DNA of 63,891 nt, the filler included, from Asterionella formosa (lineage: Eukaryota): the NCBI GenBank assembly GCA_002256025.1. It is 5 parts of 5 records of this genome, joined end to end, with 100 filler letters (N's around TTAATTAATTAA, not from the genome) between each part and the next. Parts side by side here need not be neighbours in the genome. Positions count along the whole stretch, not along the records: positions 52,193 to 63,891 come from NKIB01008018.1; 4 more parts are not named here. One strand, written 5' to 3'. The notes beneath the pieces were generated by a model. That model made no database searches and was not told the DNA's origin. It was given only the letters and a program-made list of their open reading frames with translations. The position numbers and the translations under genes were made by a program. The stretch's first letter is position 1, and each line of letters starts with the position of its first letter. Shown piece after piece: positions 63,853 to 63,891 of this stretch.

Positions 63853-63891
63853 ATGAAGCTCGCTGTTGCCGCCCTCTGTGTTGCCCCTGCC
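63853..63891 (+). CDS. 5' end of a second copy of the MKLAVAALCVAPA gene
   Basis: Inverted, near-identical copy of 52193-52231; runs off the window. Confidence 0.6.
   Translation, partial: MKLAVAALCVAPA

Overview
This window is eukaryotic nuclear DNA, almost certainly from a diatom: GT-AG introns, bipartite 'ASAF/AAAF' plastid presequences, nuclear psbU, a DUF6824 protein and diatom-type Copia, Gypsy and tyrosine-recombinase elements. It is five separate contigs of decreasing length (1-12974, 13075-26046, 26147-39091, 39192-52092, 52193-63891) joined by artificial N44-TTAATTAATTAA-N44 linkers, so adjacency across linkers means nothing. Recognisable genes are a sulfotransferase-family protein, a DUF6824 protein, the PP2A scaffold A subunit, psbU, a TAPT1/DUF747 gene with an in-frame stop, plastid class II FBA, a CLC channel, menB ending in SKL, RPL13 and a plastid-targeted microprotein. 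Transposon relics include a DIRS/Ngaro-type element, a Crypton-like element, Copia, a Gypsy with paired LTRs, pogo-like elements, and a tRNA-derived SINE with a perfect 17-bp target-site duplication. The strongest candidate for an undescribed system is contig 4. It carries three copies of an intronless 84-bp LRR-repeat cassette whose scaffold is almost invariant at DNA level, while the exposed beta-strand codons (xLxLxxN) are hypervariable. Each copy is fused to a different partner: a captured transmembrane/plant-type-LRR fragment, a kinase-RING-COR-like module, or an unknown helical domain. This looks like a modular, diversifying, immune-receptor-like family. All family assignments come from motif recognition by eye; no searches were run.
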